Part shown: positions 9,183 through 17,100 of the stretch, one piece after another
Layout: every line of letters begins with the position of its first letter
Position numbering within the stretch: the first letter of the stretch is position 1
NCBI GenBank assembly: GCA_963785725.1
Contig: CAWAWS010000003.1
Coordinates: 480,001 to 544,000, forward strand
Source: an uncultured delta proteobacterium
GTDB lineage: Bacteria > Myxococcota_A > Polyangia > Palsa-1104
Length of the DNA stretch: 64,000 nucleotides
Reading direction: 5' to 3'
The notes under the pieces: model-generated
Database searches by the model: none
Told to the model about the DNA's origin: nothing
What the model saw: only the letters and a program-made list of their open reading frames with translations
Program-made: the position numbers and the translations under genes

Positions 9183-10154
9183 CTATTGGGACGTCGCTCG
9201 ACGTCTTCGGCCGCGGCGCTCGTTGCGTTCGCTGCCCTCGCTGAACCAGGCCACCGTTTGGGCGAGCCCGCGCTCATACGAGACCGTGGGCTCCCAGCCG
9301 AGCAGTCGGCCCGCGCGGCTGATGTCGGGGCAGCGCTGCCGCGGATCGTCTTGCGGCAGCGGATGAAACTCGAGCCGCACGTCGCTGCCGACGGCGCGGC
9401 GCACGTCTTCGGCGACCGACAAGATGGTGCGTTCGTCCGGGTTGCCGAGATTGACGATGGGAACGACCTCGGCGCTCGACTTGGAAAACTCCATGAGCGC
9501 GCCTAAGCCGGCGACGAGATCATCGACGTAACAGAAGCTGCGCGTCTGGCTGCCGTCGCCATAAATGGTGAGCGGATCGCCGCGCAGCGCCTGCGTGATG
9601 AAGTTCGGGATGAGCCGTCCGTCGCCGCTGGCCATGCGCGGTCCGTAGGTGTTGAAGATGCGCGCGATGCGCACCTCGGTGCCGTATTGCGCGGCCCACG
9701 ACGTGGCCATCGCTTCGCCGCAGCGCTTGCCCTCGTCGTAGCAGCTGCGCACGCCGACGGGATTGACGCGGCCGTGATATTCCTCGCGCTGCGGGCTCAC
9801 GTCGGGATCGCCATAGACCTCACTCGTCGACGCGATGAGGAGGCGAGCACCGACCTCGCGCGCGCATTCGAGCGCGTGCATCGTGCCCATCACCGCCGTC
9901 TTGATGGTGCGAACGGCGTTGCGTTGGTAATGCACGGGCGACGCGGGGCAGGCGAGGTGCCAGATACGGTCGACCTCGAAGTGGAACGGCTCGCAGACGT
10001 CACCGCGAACGAATTCCACCGCGTCGGTGTCGAGGTTCGCACGGCTGCCGGTGAACAAGTTGTCGAAGCAGATGACCTCCTCATGCGCGCGCACCAACGC
10101 GTCGCACAGGTGCGACCCGATGAACCCAGCGCCGCCGAGGACGAGATGCCGCAT
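9183..10154 (-). CDS. uxs: UDP-glucuronate decarboxylase (UDP-xylose synthase), SDR family
   Basis: GGAGFIGSHL, HLACPASPVHYQ, ASTSEVYGDP, RSCYDEGKR, RIFNTYGPRM, GSQTRSFCYVDD, DDPRQRCPDI. Confidence 0.9.
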   Translation of the reverse strand: MRHLVLGGAGFIGSHLCDALVRAHEEVICFDNLFTGSRANLDTDAVEFVRGDVCEPFHFEVDRIWHLACPASPVHYQRNAVRTIKTAVMGTMHALECAREVGARLLIASTSEVYGDPDVSPQREEYHGRVNPVGVRSCYDEGKRCGEAMATSWAAQYGTEVRIARIFNTYGPRMASGDGRLIPNFITQALRGDPLTIYGDGSQTRSFCYVDDLVAGLGALMEFSKSSAEVVPIVNLGNPDERTILSVAEDVRRAVGSDVRLEFHPLPQDDPRQRCPDISRAGRLLGWEPTVSYERGLAQTVAWFSEGSERNERRGRRRRATSQ

Positions 10155-11272
10155 CAGAGCCGCTCGAACCTGAGCGCGCCGATCTGCTCGAGGCGCCGCA
10201 AGACGGCCTCGGTATCGGGCTGCAGGCTGCCTTGCGGGAGCTCGAAGCGCGATTCGAGCGTTCGGTGGATGTCGGCGATCGTGTGCGTGCCGTCGCAGGC
10301 TTCCCAGATCGCGGCGCCGGAAGAGTCGAGCGCCAACGTGTCCGCGCGGCCGGGAATCTCGAGGAAGATCGAGCCGTAGATCTTGCCCGTGCGCACGCCG
10401 TCGCCGCGCAGCGGCCGCATGAACGTGAGCTCGTGTCGATGCGCGCGCCGTTCGCGCAGCTCGGCCAACAGCGTCAAGAGCTCGCGGCCCGTGCCCGCCT
10501 TTGCCGACAGCGGATCGACCGGATGATCCAAGCTGCCATCGCCGCTCGCATCCCACACGATCGCGCCGCTCGCCGACTCGACGGCGCGCTGGCAGTCGAT
10601 GATCGGCGCCGCGCTCTCGATGGCATGCGTGTCCGTCGCGAGCTCGGCCGCTGCGTGCGGAATGCGCGCCTCGGCGGCGGCGATCAGATAAGCCACGTCG
10701 TCGGCCGCGCGCAGCGGACCGTCTTCGGTGAGCGCGGTCTCGGCGCGAATCAGGCTCATCAGCTCCAGCCAGCGGGCCGCGATCTTGCGCAGATCGCTCG
10801 AGTGGATGATGAGCGGCAGCTTCACCGCGTCCAGCTCGAGCGCGCGATCGACGCAAAACTGGTCGAGGAACCCAAAGTCTCGGCCGAGGTCGAACGGACC
10901 GTCGCCGCGCGGGCGCTCCGGCCACGCCATGGCTTTGGCTTGGCCCGCTCGCGCTTCCTCGGTCACCGCCGCGCGAAAGACGCAGCGCGGCTCGACGAGG
11001 AGGATGGTCCCATCGACTTGCTCGCCGAACAGCCATTCGAGAATCGCGGCCGCTTTGTGGTACGGCGGATAGACGTCGCCCGTGTACGGATGCGGCGACC
11101 ACGCCGTCGTCGCCACGACGCGCGCGTGCCGATGCGTCGGCGCCGGCGGCGCTGGAGGGCGCGCGACCAGGCGCACCAGCTCGCCCGGTTGCCGCACGCG
11201 CGCCCACGAGAGCTCGAGCAGCTCGCACTGCCACTCGGGCTCACCGAAGCTGCAAACGACCGTGTGGATCAC
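10154..11272 (-). CDS. SERGT/HPAT-like glycosyltransferase domain fused to C-terminal PqqD/RRE
   Basis: IHTV..EWQCELL..QPGELVRL..WSPHPYTGDVYPPYHKAAAILEWL..IHSSDLRKIAARWL..AYLIAAAEA resembles plant peptidyl-serine galactosyltransferase domains. C-terminal LDSSGAAIWEACDGTHTIADI is an RRE. GTG start overlaps the upstream stop. Confidence 0.75.
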   Translation of the reverse strand: MIHTVVCSFGEPEWQCELLELSWARVRQPGELVRLVARPPAPPAPTHRHARVVATTAWSPHPYTGDVYPPYHKAAAILEWLFGEQVDGTILLVEPRCVFRAAVTEEARAGQAKAMAWPERPRGDGPFDLGRDFGFLDQFCVDRALELDAVKLPLIIHSSDLRKIAARWLELMSLIRAETALTEDGPLRAADDVAYLIAAAEARIPHAAAELATDTHAIESAAPIIDCQRAVESASGAIVWDASGDGSLDHPVDPLSAKAGTGRELLTLLAELRERRAHRHELTFMRPLRGDGVRTGKIYGSIFLEIPGRADTLALDSSGAAIWEACDGTHTIADIHRTLESRFELPQGSLQPDTEAVLRRLEQIGALRFERL

Positions 11273-12255
11273 GAGCCCACGCTGCGCAGCTGCGGCGCGA
11301 CCACGCCGCAAAAGAAGTGGCCCCAGCCGAAGCGTGCCTGCGGATCGACCTTGTCGCTGGCGTGCAGCCAGACGGTGATGGCAAAGCGGCTGTCGGCGAA
11401 TTCGCCCGATGGACAGCGCACGGGCAGCGCTTCGTGGAGCTCATGGCTGGCGAACACGACCAGCCGATTGGCCACCGCCTGCACCGGCACGAACGACTCG
11501 GCGGCCCTGACCTCGGCGCCGCCTTCGACGGAGACGGCGTCGTAGAGCCGCAGCTCGCCGCCGCTGAAACCGCGCGGCTCGCGGTGCAAATAGTAGATAC
11601 AGGTCAGCGCCCGCGGCGTCGTCGGCGATTGGTCGGCGTGCGTCTTGAAATAGTGGCCGTCGCGCGCCGCGGTCAGCTGCGACTCGAGCTGCGCCAGCGG
11701 AAACACCGGCAGCCCCAAGCGCTTGGCGATGAGCGGGAACCAAATGAGCAGCCGATTTTCGAGCAGCCGACTGTGCACCGACGCGCCGAAATCGAGGATG
11801 ACCTGATTCTGCCGCACCTCGGGCGTGTAGGACTCGGTCACGGTGCCAGCCTCGAACTGCGCCTCGGAGGCGAGCGCATAGGCGAGCAGCTCGTCGTGCT
11901 CTTGTGGGCTCAGGAAATCGTCGATGATCACGCAGCGAGGACGACGCACGCTCAGCGACGAAGCGGAACGCGTGGCCTCGGGCTGAGCCGCCGCGTTTGG
12001 CTGCGCTGGGCTCAGCCGTTCGGGAGCGAGCACCACCGGCGGCTCACTCGTCACGGAGACGATCTTCGCCGTTTGAAACGACCAGGCGCGGCGGCCGCCG
12101 TCGAGCGGCAGCTGCAGGAACCGGTTCTCAGCCCACGGCGAGGCGAGCGCGGCGAACAGCGCCAGCAGCTCGGGCGCATCTTCGCGCAGCCGCACTTCAC
12201 GTGCTTCGCCGCTGACCAGGTTGATCGTGAGCGTGATGTCGCGCAGTGTCCCCAT
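11269..12255 (-). CDS. 2OG-Fe(II) oxygenase, prolyl-4-hydroxylase-like, with uncharacterised N-terminal domain
   Basis: FKTHADQ, GGELRLYD, ELHEALPV, DSRFAITVW. First gene downstream of the Pro-rich precursor. Confidence 0.85.
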   Translation of the reverse strand: MGTLRDITLTINLVSGEAREVRLREDAPELLALFAALASPWAENRFLQLPLDGGRRAWSFQTAKIVSVTSEPPVVLAPERLSPAQPNAAAQPEATRSASSLSVRRPRCVIIDDFLSPQEHDELLAYALASEAQFEAGTVTESYTPEVRQNQVILDFGASVHSRLLENRLLIWFPLIAKRLGLPVFPLAQLESQLTAARDGHYFKTHADQSPTTPRALTCIYYLHREPRGFSGGELRLYDAVSVEGGAEVRAAESFVPVQAVANRLVVFASHELHEALPVRCPSGEFADSRFAITVWLHASDKVDPQARFGWGHFFCGVVAPQLRSVGS

Positions 12256-12351
12256 CAGTCGGTGGCCTTCGTGTCCGCATGGGCGAGGCGCGAACGGAGC
12301 CACGTCCTCTTAACCGTGCGGCGGCAATGAGTCGTGCGCATCCGAACGACG

Positions 12352-12954
12352 TTACGAAGTGGTCGCGCGCAGTCGAACGCGCGCAGTCGCGCGCGCCGCG
12401 CCGAGCGCGATGAAGCCGACCGAGCTCGACCCGCAGTCGGGCGCGCTCGCCATTCCCAACACCGGTGACACCGTTGGCGCCAGGGTCGGCGCGGGGACGC
12501 AGTGGCCGGCCATGGTCGGATGCGCGGTCGGCGCTCGCGTCGGCGGCGCGGTCGGCGCTCGCGTCGGTGGCGCAGTCGGCGCTGGCGTCGGCGGCGCCGC
12601 TGTCGGCGGCGCGGTGGGCGCCCGCGTCGGCGCCAGGGTCGGCAAATTGATCACGGAATGGTCGTCGCCGGCGCCACCGTAGTAAGCCAGCGCCGTGCCG
12701 GGCTTCAAGATCGTGCCCAGCCCCGCCGCCAGCTGCGCCATCGGCAGCGATAGGACCACCGGCGCCACCCACATCTTCTTCAGCGCGTCGCGGCGCGATG
12801 GATCGGCCGCCGGCTCGTCCGGCTTGGCGTCGGCCGCCTGCGCGTGCGCCGGCTCGGACGACTCCGCCGCGTCGTGCTGCTCCAGCTTCCTCTTGAGCTC
12901 CTCGAGCTCGGCGAGCAGCTGCTCTTTGGTCTTCTTGTCGCTACCGTCGCTCAA
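12352..12954 (-). CDS. Putative precursor/substrate protein: leader plus Tat-like signal plus Pro-Thr-Ala repeat core
   Basis: TTG start with GAGGT RBS 8 nt upstream. SRRDALKKMWVAPVVLSL, TALA|YYGG, 13 PT dipeptides, hydrophobic/basic C-tail. Lies between a standalone RRE and a P4H-like gene. Confidence 0.7.
   Translation of the reverse strand: MSDGSDKKTKEQLLAELEELKRKLEQHDAAESSEPAHAQAADAKPDEPAADPSRRDALKKMWVAPVVLSLPMAQLAAGLGTILKPGTALAYYGGAGDDHSVINLPTLAPTRAPTAPPTAAPPTPAPTAPPTRAPTAPPTRAPTAHPTMAGHCVPAPTLAPTVSPVLGMASAPDCGSSSVGFIALGAARATARVRLRATTS
12514..12645 (-). repeat. Imperfect tandem coding repeat (24-nt unit, APTAPPTR)
   Basis: Repeated cgcggtcggcgctcgcgtcggcgg-type units within the precursor ORF. 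Confidence 0.8.
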
Positions 12955-12972
12955 GAGGTTGTACCTCGGCCA

Positions 12973-13278
12973 TCACGGAGTGATTTCGACGAGCGCGTGC
13001 AAGCTCAGATAGCGCAGAAACGTAACCACATCGCGCTCGAGCACCGAACGATCCGGCGCGACGTAGTCACTTTCCAGCTGCTCGCACAAGGCGGCAATCG
13101 TCGACGCTTGCTCGAGGTGTTGCCAAATGGTCTTACCAGCTTCGTCGAGGCCGACATAGAGGCCGCGCTCGACGCTCATGAGAATGTGCCGGCCTCCGAC
13201 GTCGGCCGAAAGGAAGGGCTTGCGCGCGACTCGCGACGCCAAGCTCACCCCCCCGCTGCCAGCGCCCGACCAGAGCAT
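12973..13278 (-). CDS. Standalone PqqD-family RiPP recognition element (RRE)
   Basis: ADVGGRHILMSVERGLYVGLDEAGKTIWQHLE..IAALCEQLESDY..LERDVVTFLRYL. Start may instead be GTG 13248. Confidence 0.85.
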   Translation of the reverse strand: MLWSGAGSGGVSLASRVARKPFLSADVGGRHILMSVERGLYVGLDEAGKTIWQHLEQASTIAALCEQLESDYVAPDRSVLERDVVTFLRYLSLHALVEITP

Positions 13279-13356
13279 CCTGCTAGTGAAGGTACGCCAT
13301 GTCCTTGTGGTCAACAAGCGCGAACTGGCCTAGCATCGCGGGCACTGACTCGAATC

Positions 13357-14478
13357 ATGCTGCGTTCGCTCGATGATGTCCTCTCGCCGCTCACCGTCGG
13401 AGAATTCGCGGCGGCGGTCGACGGCAGGAAGCGCTTCCACGTGCAGACGACCGATCCGCGGCGCGCGGAGTCGCTGCTGCCGTGGCCCGAGATCGAGGCG
13501 ATGATCTCGATGCGTCGCTTCGAGAACATGAAGGTGATGCACAACGGCATGGTGGTGCCGCCGCAGCTGTACAACGCGGACGTGAGCGCGCTGCACGACG
13601 TGCTCTTGCAAGGCGCCAGCATCGTCGCCACGCGCGTCGACGCGGATGTGCCGCAGATCCAGTGGCTGGCGACCGCGATCGAACGGCAGCTCGGGCGCGA
13701 GGTCGGCGTCAATGCGTATCTGAGCTTCTCGGAGGGCGGCGCGTTCAAGCCACACTGGGATCGGCACGATGTGCTGGTCTTGCAAGTCCACGGCGCGAAA
13801 ACGTGGAGCATCTGGAACGCGACGCTCGACAATCCCGTCGAGATGTCGCGCTTCGCCAAGCACGACATCACGGACGCGCCCTGTCAGTCGCTCGAGCTGG
13901 CGGCCGGCGACGTCCTTTACATCCCGCGCGGAGAGCCGCACGCCGCGTCGGTGTCGAGCGGCGCCTCGGTGCATCTGACGTTCGGGATCGAGCGCATCAC
14001 CGGCGTCGACGCGTTACAGCGGCTGCAACAGGCGGCCGGCGAAGATGCCTTCTTGCGCGCGGATGTGCCCACCAAAGAGCGGCCCGCGCAGCTGCACGCG
14101 TTCGAAGCCGAGTGGAAGGCGCGCTTGCACCGCCTGGTCGACGCGACTGACCTAGCGCAGGTTTTGCACGACAGCGACCTGCAGCGACCGCCGGTTCGGC
14201 AGGCCTCCTTGTCGACGTTCGCGGAGCCGAGCGATCTCGTACGGCTCACGTTGCGGCGGCGCGTTCCGCTCGATGGCGGCACGGTGACCATTGGCGGCGT
14301 CGCGCACCCGCTCTCGGCCGCGGCCATCGACCTCTTGCGCCGCTTGTTCGAGCGCGACTGGCAGACGCGCGCTGCGCTGACGCAGGCGCTGGCGCCGCGT
14401 CACGAGCCCTCAGCGGTCGAGCGCGCGCTCCGCGAGCTCGCGCGGCTCGGCTTCATCGCCACGCATCGTCCGATATAG
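13357..14478 (+). CDS. JmjC/Cupin_4 (ribosomal-oxygenase-like) 2OG hydroxylase
   Basis: VNAYLS..GAFKPHWDRHDVLVLQVHGAKTW..GDVLYIPRGEPHAA..SVHLTFG, with a winged-helix-like C-terminus. Confidence 0.85.
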   Translation: MLRSLDDVLSPLTVGEFAAAVDGRKRFHVQTTDPRRAESLLPWPEIEAMISMRRFENMKVMHNGMVVPPQLYNADVSALHDVLLQGASIVATRVDADVPQIQWLATAIERQLGREVGVNAYLSFSEGGAFKPHWDRHDVLVLQVHGAKTWSIWNATLDNPVEMSRFAKHDITDAPCQSLELAAGDVLYIPRGEPHAASVSSGASVHLTFGIERITGVDALQRLQQAAGEDAFLRADVPTKERPAQLHAFEAEWKARLHRLVDATDLAQVLHDSDLQRPPVRQASLSTFAEPSDLVRLTLRRRVPLDGGTVTIGGVAHPLSAAAIDLLRRLFERDWQTRAALTQALAPRHEPSAVERALRELARLGFIATHRPI

Positions 14479-15378
14479 CGGCGCGATGCGTTCGGCGACG
14501 AGCTGTCGCTCCGCTTCGGACAGCGGCGCGTGCGCGCGGGCGCGGAACGGCTGCTCGCTCTGCGCCTTGGAGTCGAAGCGCGCTCGCTCGCGCATGCGTT
14601 CGATGGCCGACGGCGCGAAGGTCAGCTGCGCATGGGGCGCGACCTCATCCCAGACGGCATCGGGCAGCCGCGCGTAATCGACCGTGCGCAAGGAAAGCTT
14701 GGCGGCGTGCGCGGCCGAGAACAGCGCTTCGATGGCGTGCAGCCGAAAGCGCGCCGCCGACATCGCCCGCGCCTCGTCGACCGTGAGGCCGAACAGCGCC
14801 AGCGCCGGATCGCCCGTCTCGCGCCAGCTCAGCCATGCCGCCGGCTGTGCGGCGTGCGAGGCCAGCACCCGCAACGGATCGCGCTGCAGCCAGATCATCG
14901 GCGTCGCCGGAAACGCGCGCTGAATCAGGTTCACCGCCAGCACGTTCCAGCTCGTGAGCTTGAGGACGAGGTGGCGTGCGCCGGCGCGGTTGCGGCCGAG
15001 CGCGCGCACGACCAAGCGAAACAGCTCCACCTTATCGTGCTGATCGAGGCGCGCCGCGACGATGTTGTTGACGACGTTGACTTCCGAGAGCACGACATAA
15101 TCGGGCAGCGCCGCCAACATCTGCGCCAGCAAGGTCGACCCGCAGCGCGACACTTGAAAGATGAACAGCGACGGCTCGAGCGTCGGCCGCTCGTCGAGCG
15201 CGCGCAGCACGTCGACTCCGGTCAGCGCCTTGAGCTTGTCATTGGGCAGTCGCGCCAGCGTGTCGCGAAAGAACGGCTCGACGAAGCGCACGTCGCGCAG
15301 ATCGGCCCAGGTGAACAGCGGCTCGGGCAGGAATCGCACCGCGATGGGCGTGCAGTGCGCAGCGTCGTGCACGGTCAC
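14410..15378 (-). CDS. Sulfotransferase-family P-loop protein
   Basis: FIFQVSRCGSTLLAQML, VLSE, LKLTSWN, LQRDPLRVLASH. Confidence 0.7.
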   Translation of the reverse strand: MTVHDAAHCTPIAVRFLPEPLFTWADLRDVRFVEPFFRDTLARLPNDKLKALTGVDVLRALDERPTLEPSLFIFQVSRCGSTLLAQMLAALPDYVVLSEVNVVNNIVAARLDQHDKVELFRLVVRALGRNRAGARHLVLKLTSWNVLAVNLIQRAFPATPMIWLQRDPLRVLASHAAQPAAWLSWRETGDPALALFGLTVDEARAMSAARFRLHAIEALFSAAHAAKLSLRTVDYARLPDAVWDEVAPHAQLTFAPSAIERMRERARFDSKAQSEQPFRARAHAPLSEAERQLVAERIAPLYRTMRGDEAEPRELAERALDR

Positions 15379-15396
15379 GAGGTCAGCCGCCCGGCC

Positions 15397-15807
15397 TCAA
15401 ATCATCATGCCCGGCCGGATCAGGCGCGCGAGCTGCAGCTCGGCGAAGCGCAGTCGCTGACGCGGCTCGAGCATGCGACAGATGTCGAGCGTGCGCTCGA
15501 AGCCGATCTCGTTCAACGTCTGACGCTGCTCGCGAATCCTCTCGCTGGTGGCGCGTATCTCCGCCTCGTTCAGCGCGACCAAGTTCAGCTTCTGTTGCGC
15601 CACCAGCCGCTCCAGCTCCTCGCGCGCATGGCCGTAGCGCTCGAGGTCGCGGTCGAAGATGGCTTGCAGCTGCGCGCTCTGCGCCGGGGCGAGATCGAGC
15701 TGGTCGAGGATGGAGCGCCCCTTCTTCTTCGGTTCGCGCCGCGGCTGTGGTGCCGTTGGGACGATCTCACCCATCAGCCGAGCCAAGAACTTACGCCTCT
15801 CCATCAC
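15397..15807 (-). CDS. Spy/CpxP-like helical protein
   Basis: LDLAPAQ and MLEPRQR resemble LTxxQ motifs; helical composition. Confidence 0.5.
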   Translation of the reverse strand: MMERRKFLARLMGEIVPTAPQPRREPKKKGRSILDQLDLAPAQSAQLQAIFDRDLERYGHAREELERLVAQQKLNLVALNEAEIRATSERIREQRQTLNEIGFERTLDICRMLEPRQRLRFAELQLARLIRPGMMI

Positions 15808-16369
15808 CCGATTTTCTCACGGCGGGCGCCCAATCGCAAATGAGGTGCACGCGCGGCGCGACGCCGTCGTTGCTCGCCGAGTGCTGGCGCCGGTTGTTGA
15901 TCTCGACGACGTCGCCCGGCTTCAAGTGGCGCAGCTCGCCGCCGACGCGGAACAGCGCCTGCGCGTTGGTGACGACCGCGACGTGCAGCCGATGGCTGTT
16001 GGCCAGCGAGAAGCCGGCATCGACGTGCGGCGGGATCGAGCCGCCCGGCCGCAAGCGCACCAGCAGCGAGCGAACGATCCAGCCCGCATCGCCGAAGCAG
16101 CCGGCGATCACGCCGTGGATCGGCTCGATGACGTGCGCAAAACGCGCGTAGCTCTCGCGCCGCGTCGGCTCGGCATGGCGAAAGTCGGCGTCGAAGAGCA
16201 GCGGAATGGTCTGCGTGTCACGATGCGTCGGGAAGGTCTCCTGGCGAAAGCGATCCGCCAGCCAATCCTCATCGGACAATCTCGACAGCTCGGCACAGAG
16301 CGCCGCGATGTCGACGGTGCCGCGCTGGAAGTAGTTCCCTGCGAAGTCCACGACGGCTGCTACAATCAT
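15791..16369 (-). CDS. Aspartyl/asparaginyl beta-hydroxylase domain protein
   Basis: VRLRPGGSIPPHVDAG..HRLHVAVVTN..VEINNRRQHSASNDG..RVHLICD. Confidence 0.85.
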   Translation of the reverse strand: MIVAAVVDFAGNYFQRGTVDIAALCAELSRLSDEDWLADRFRQETFPTHRDTQTIPLLFDADFRHAEPTRRESYARFAHVIEPIHGVIAGCFGDAGWIVRSLLVRLRPGGSIPPHVDAGFSLANSHRLHVAVVTNAQALFRVGGELRHLKPGDVVEINNRRQHSASNDGVAPRVHLICDWAPAVRKSGDGEA

Positions 16370-16380
16370 GTCTCGTTCGC

Positions 16381-17100
16381 GTGTTCATTACAAAGTCATT
16401 CGTCTTCATCCATCTGCACAAGTCGGGCGGGACGTTCGTAAACCGCTTTCTGCAGCGCTTCTTTTCCGACGGACAGCGGCTGAATTGGCATCTGCCGCGC
16501 GCTTTTCTACCGCGCGACTTCCGCGCCCTGCCCGTCTTGGGCGTCGTGCGCAATCCGTGGGACTACTACGTCTCGTGGTTCACGTTTCAGTCGTCGATGC
16601 GCCCGCAGCAGCAGAACGCGCTGTACCGCGCGGTCTCGGACGACGGCACGCTCGCTTTTTCACCCGCGATCGCCAACCTCGTGAAGCTGTGCGACGACCG
16701 CGAGCGCTGGCAGGCCCTCCGCGCGCAGCTGCCGGACGCGTTCGTCGACCACGGCATCAACCTCACCAAGCGCTGCATCGATCCGCTGCTCGGCTCGGGA
16801 CGCGGCTTTTATTCGTTCCTGTTTCAGCGCATGTTCGCGCCGCCGGAAGGTGGCGATGGAGGCGGCGTGACGTTCGCGCGCATGGAGTCGCTGCGCGGCG
16901 ATCTGCTGCAGTTCCTCGGCGACGTCGGCGTCGAAGTTACCGACGAGATGCGCGACTTCCTGTTGCGCTCGGAGAGAGTGAACGTCACCGAGCACGCGCC
17001 GTTTGCCACCTATTACGACCCGGCCTTGCGCGACGAGGTCGGCGCGCGCGACCGCGAGGTCATCGAACGCTTCGGCTACCGGTTCAAAAGCGATAGTTGA
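16381..17100 (+). CDS. Sulfotransferase family 2-like protein
   Basis: FVFIHLHKSGGT, VVRNPWDYYVSWF, RMESLRGDL, YYDPALRDEV..D..VIERFGYRF. Confidence 0.75.
   Translation: MFITKSFVFIHLHKSGGTFVNRFLQRFFSDGQRLNWHLPRAFLPRDFRALPVLGVVRNPWDYYVSWFTFQSSMRPQQQNALYRAVSDDGTLAFSPAIANLVKLCDDRERWQALRAQLPDAFVDHGINLTKRCIDPLLGSGRGFYSFLFQRMFAPPEGGDGGGVTFARMESLRGDLLQFLGDVGVEVTDEMRDFLLRSERVNVTEHAPFATYYDPALRDEVGARDREVIERFGYRFKSDS

Noticed and set aside
12514..12645. Antifreeze-glycoprotein link between the Ala/Thr/Pro repeats and the ice-binding gene
   Set aside because: The ice-binding gene is 15 kb away in a separate regulon and the repeat is PT-based, not AAT-based. No sequence evidence of a link.
12352..13278. 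Lasso peptide or PQQ biosynthesis, suggested by the PqqD/B1-like protein
   Set aside because: No lasso cyclase, B2 peptidase or pqqB/C/E in the window, and the 200-aa Pro-rich precursor fits neither class.
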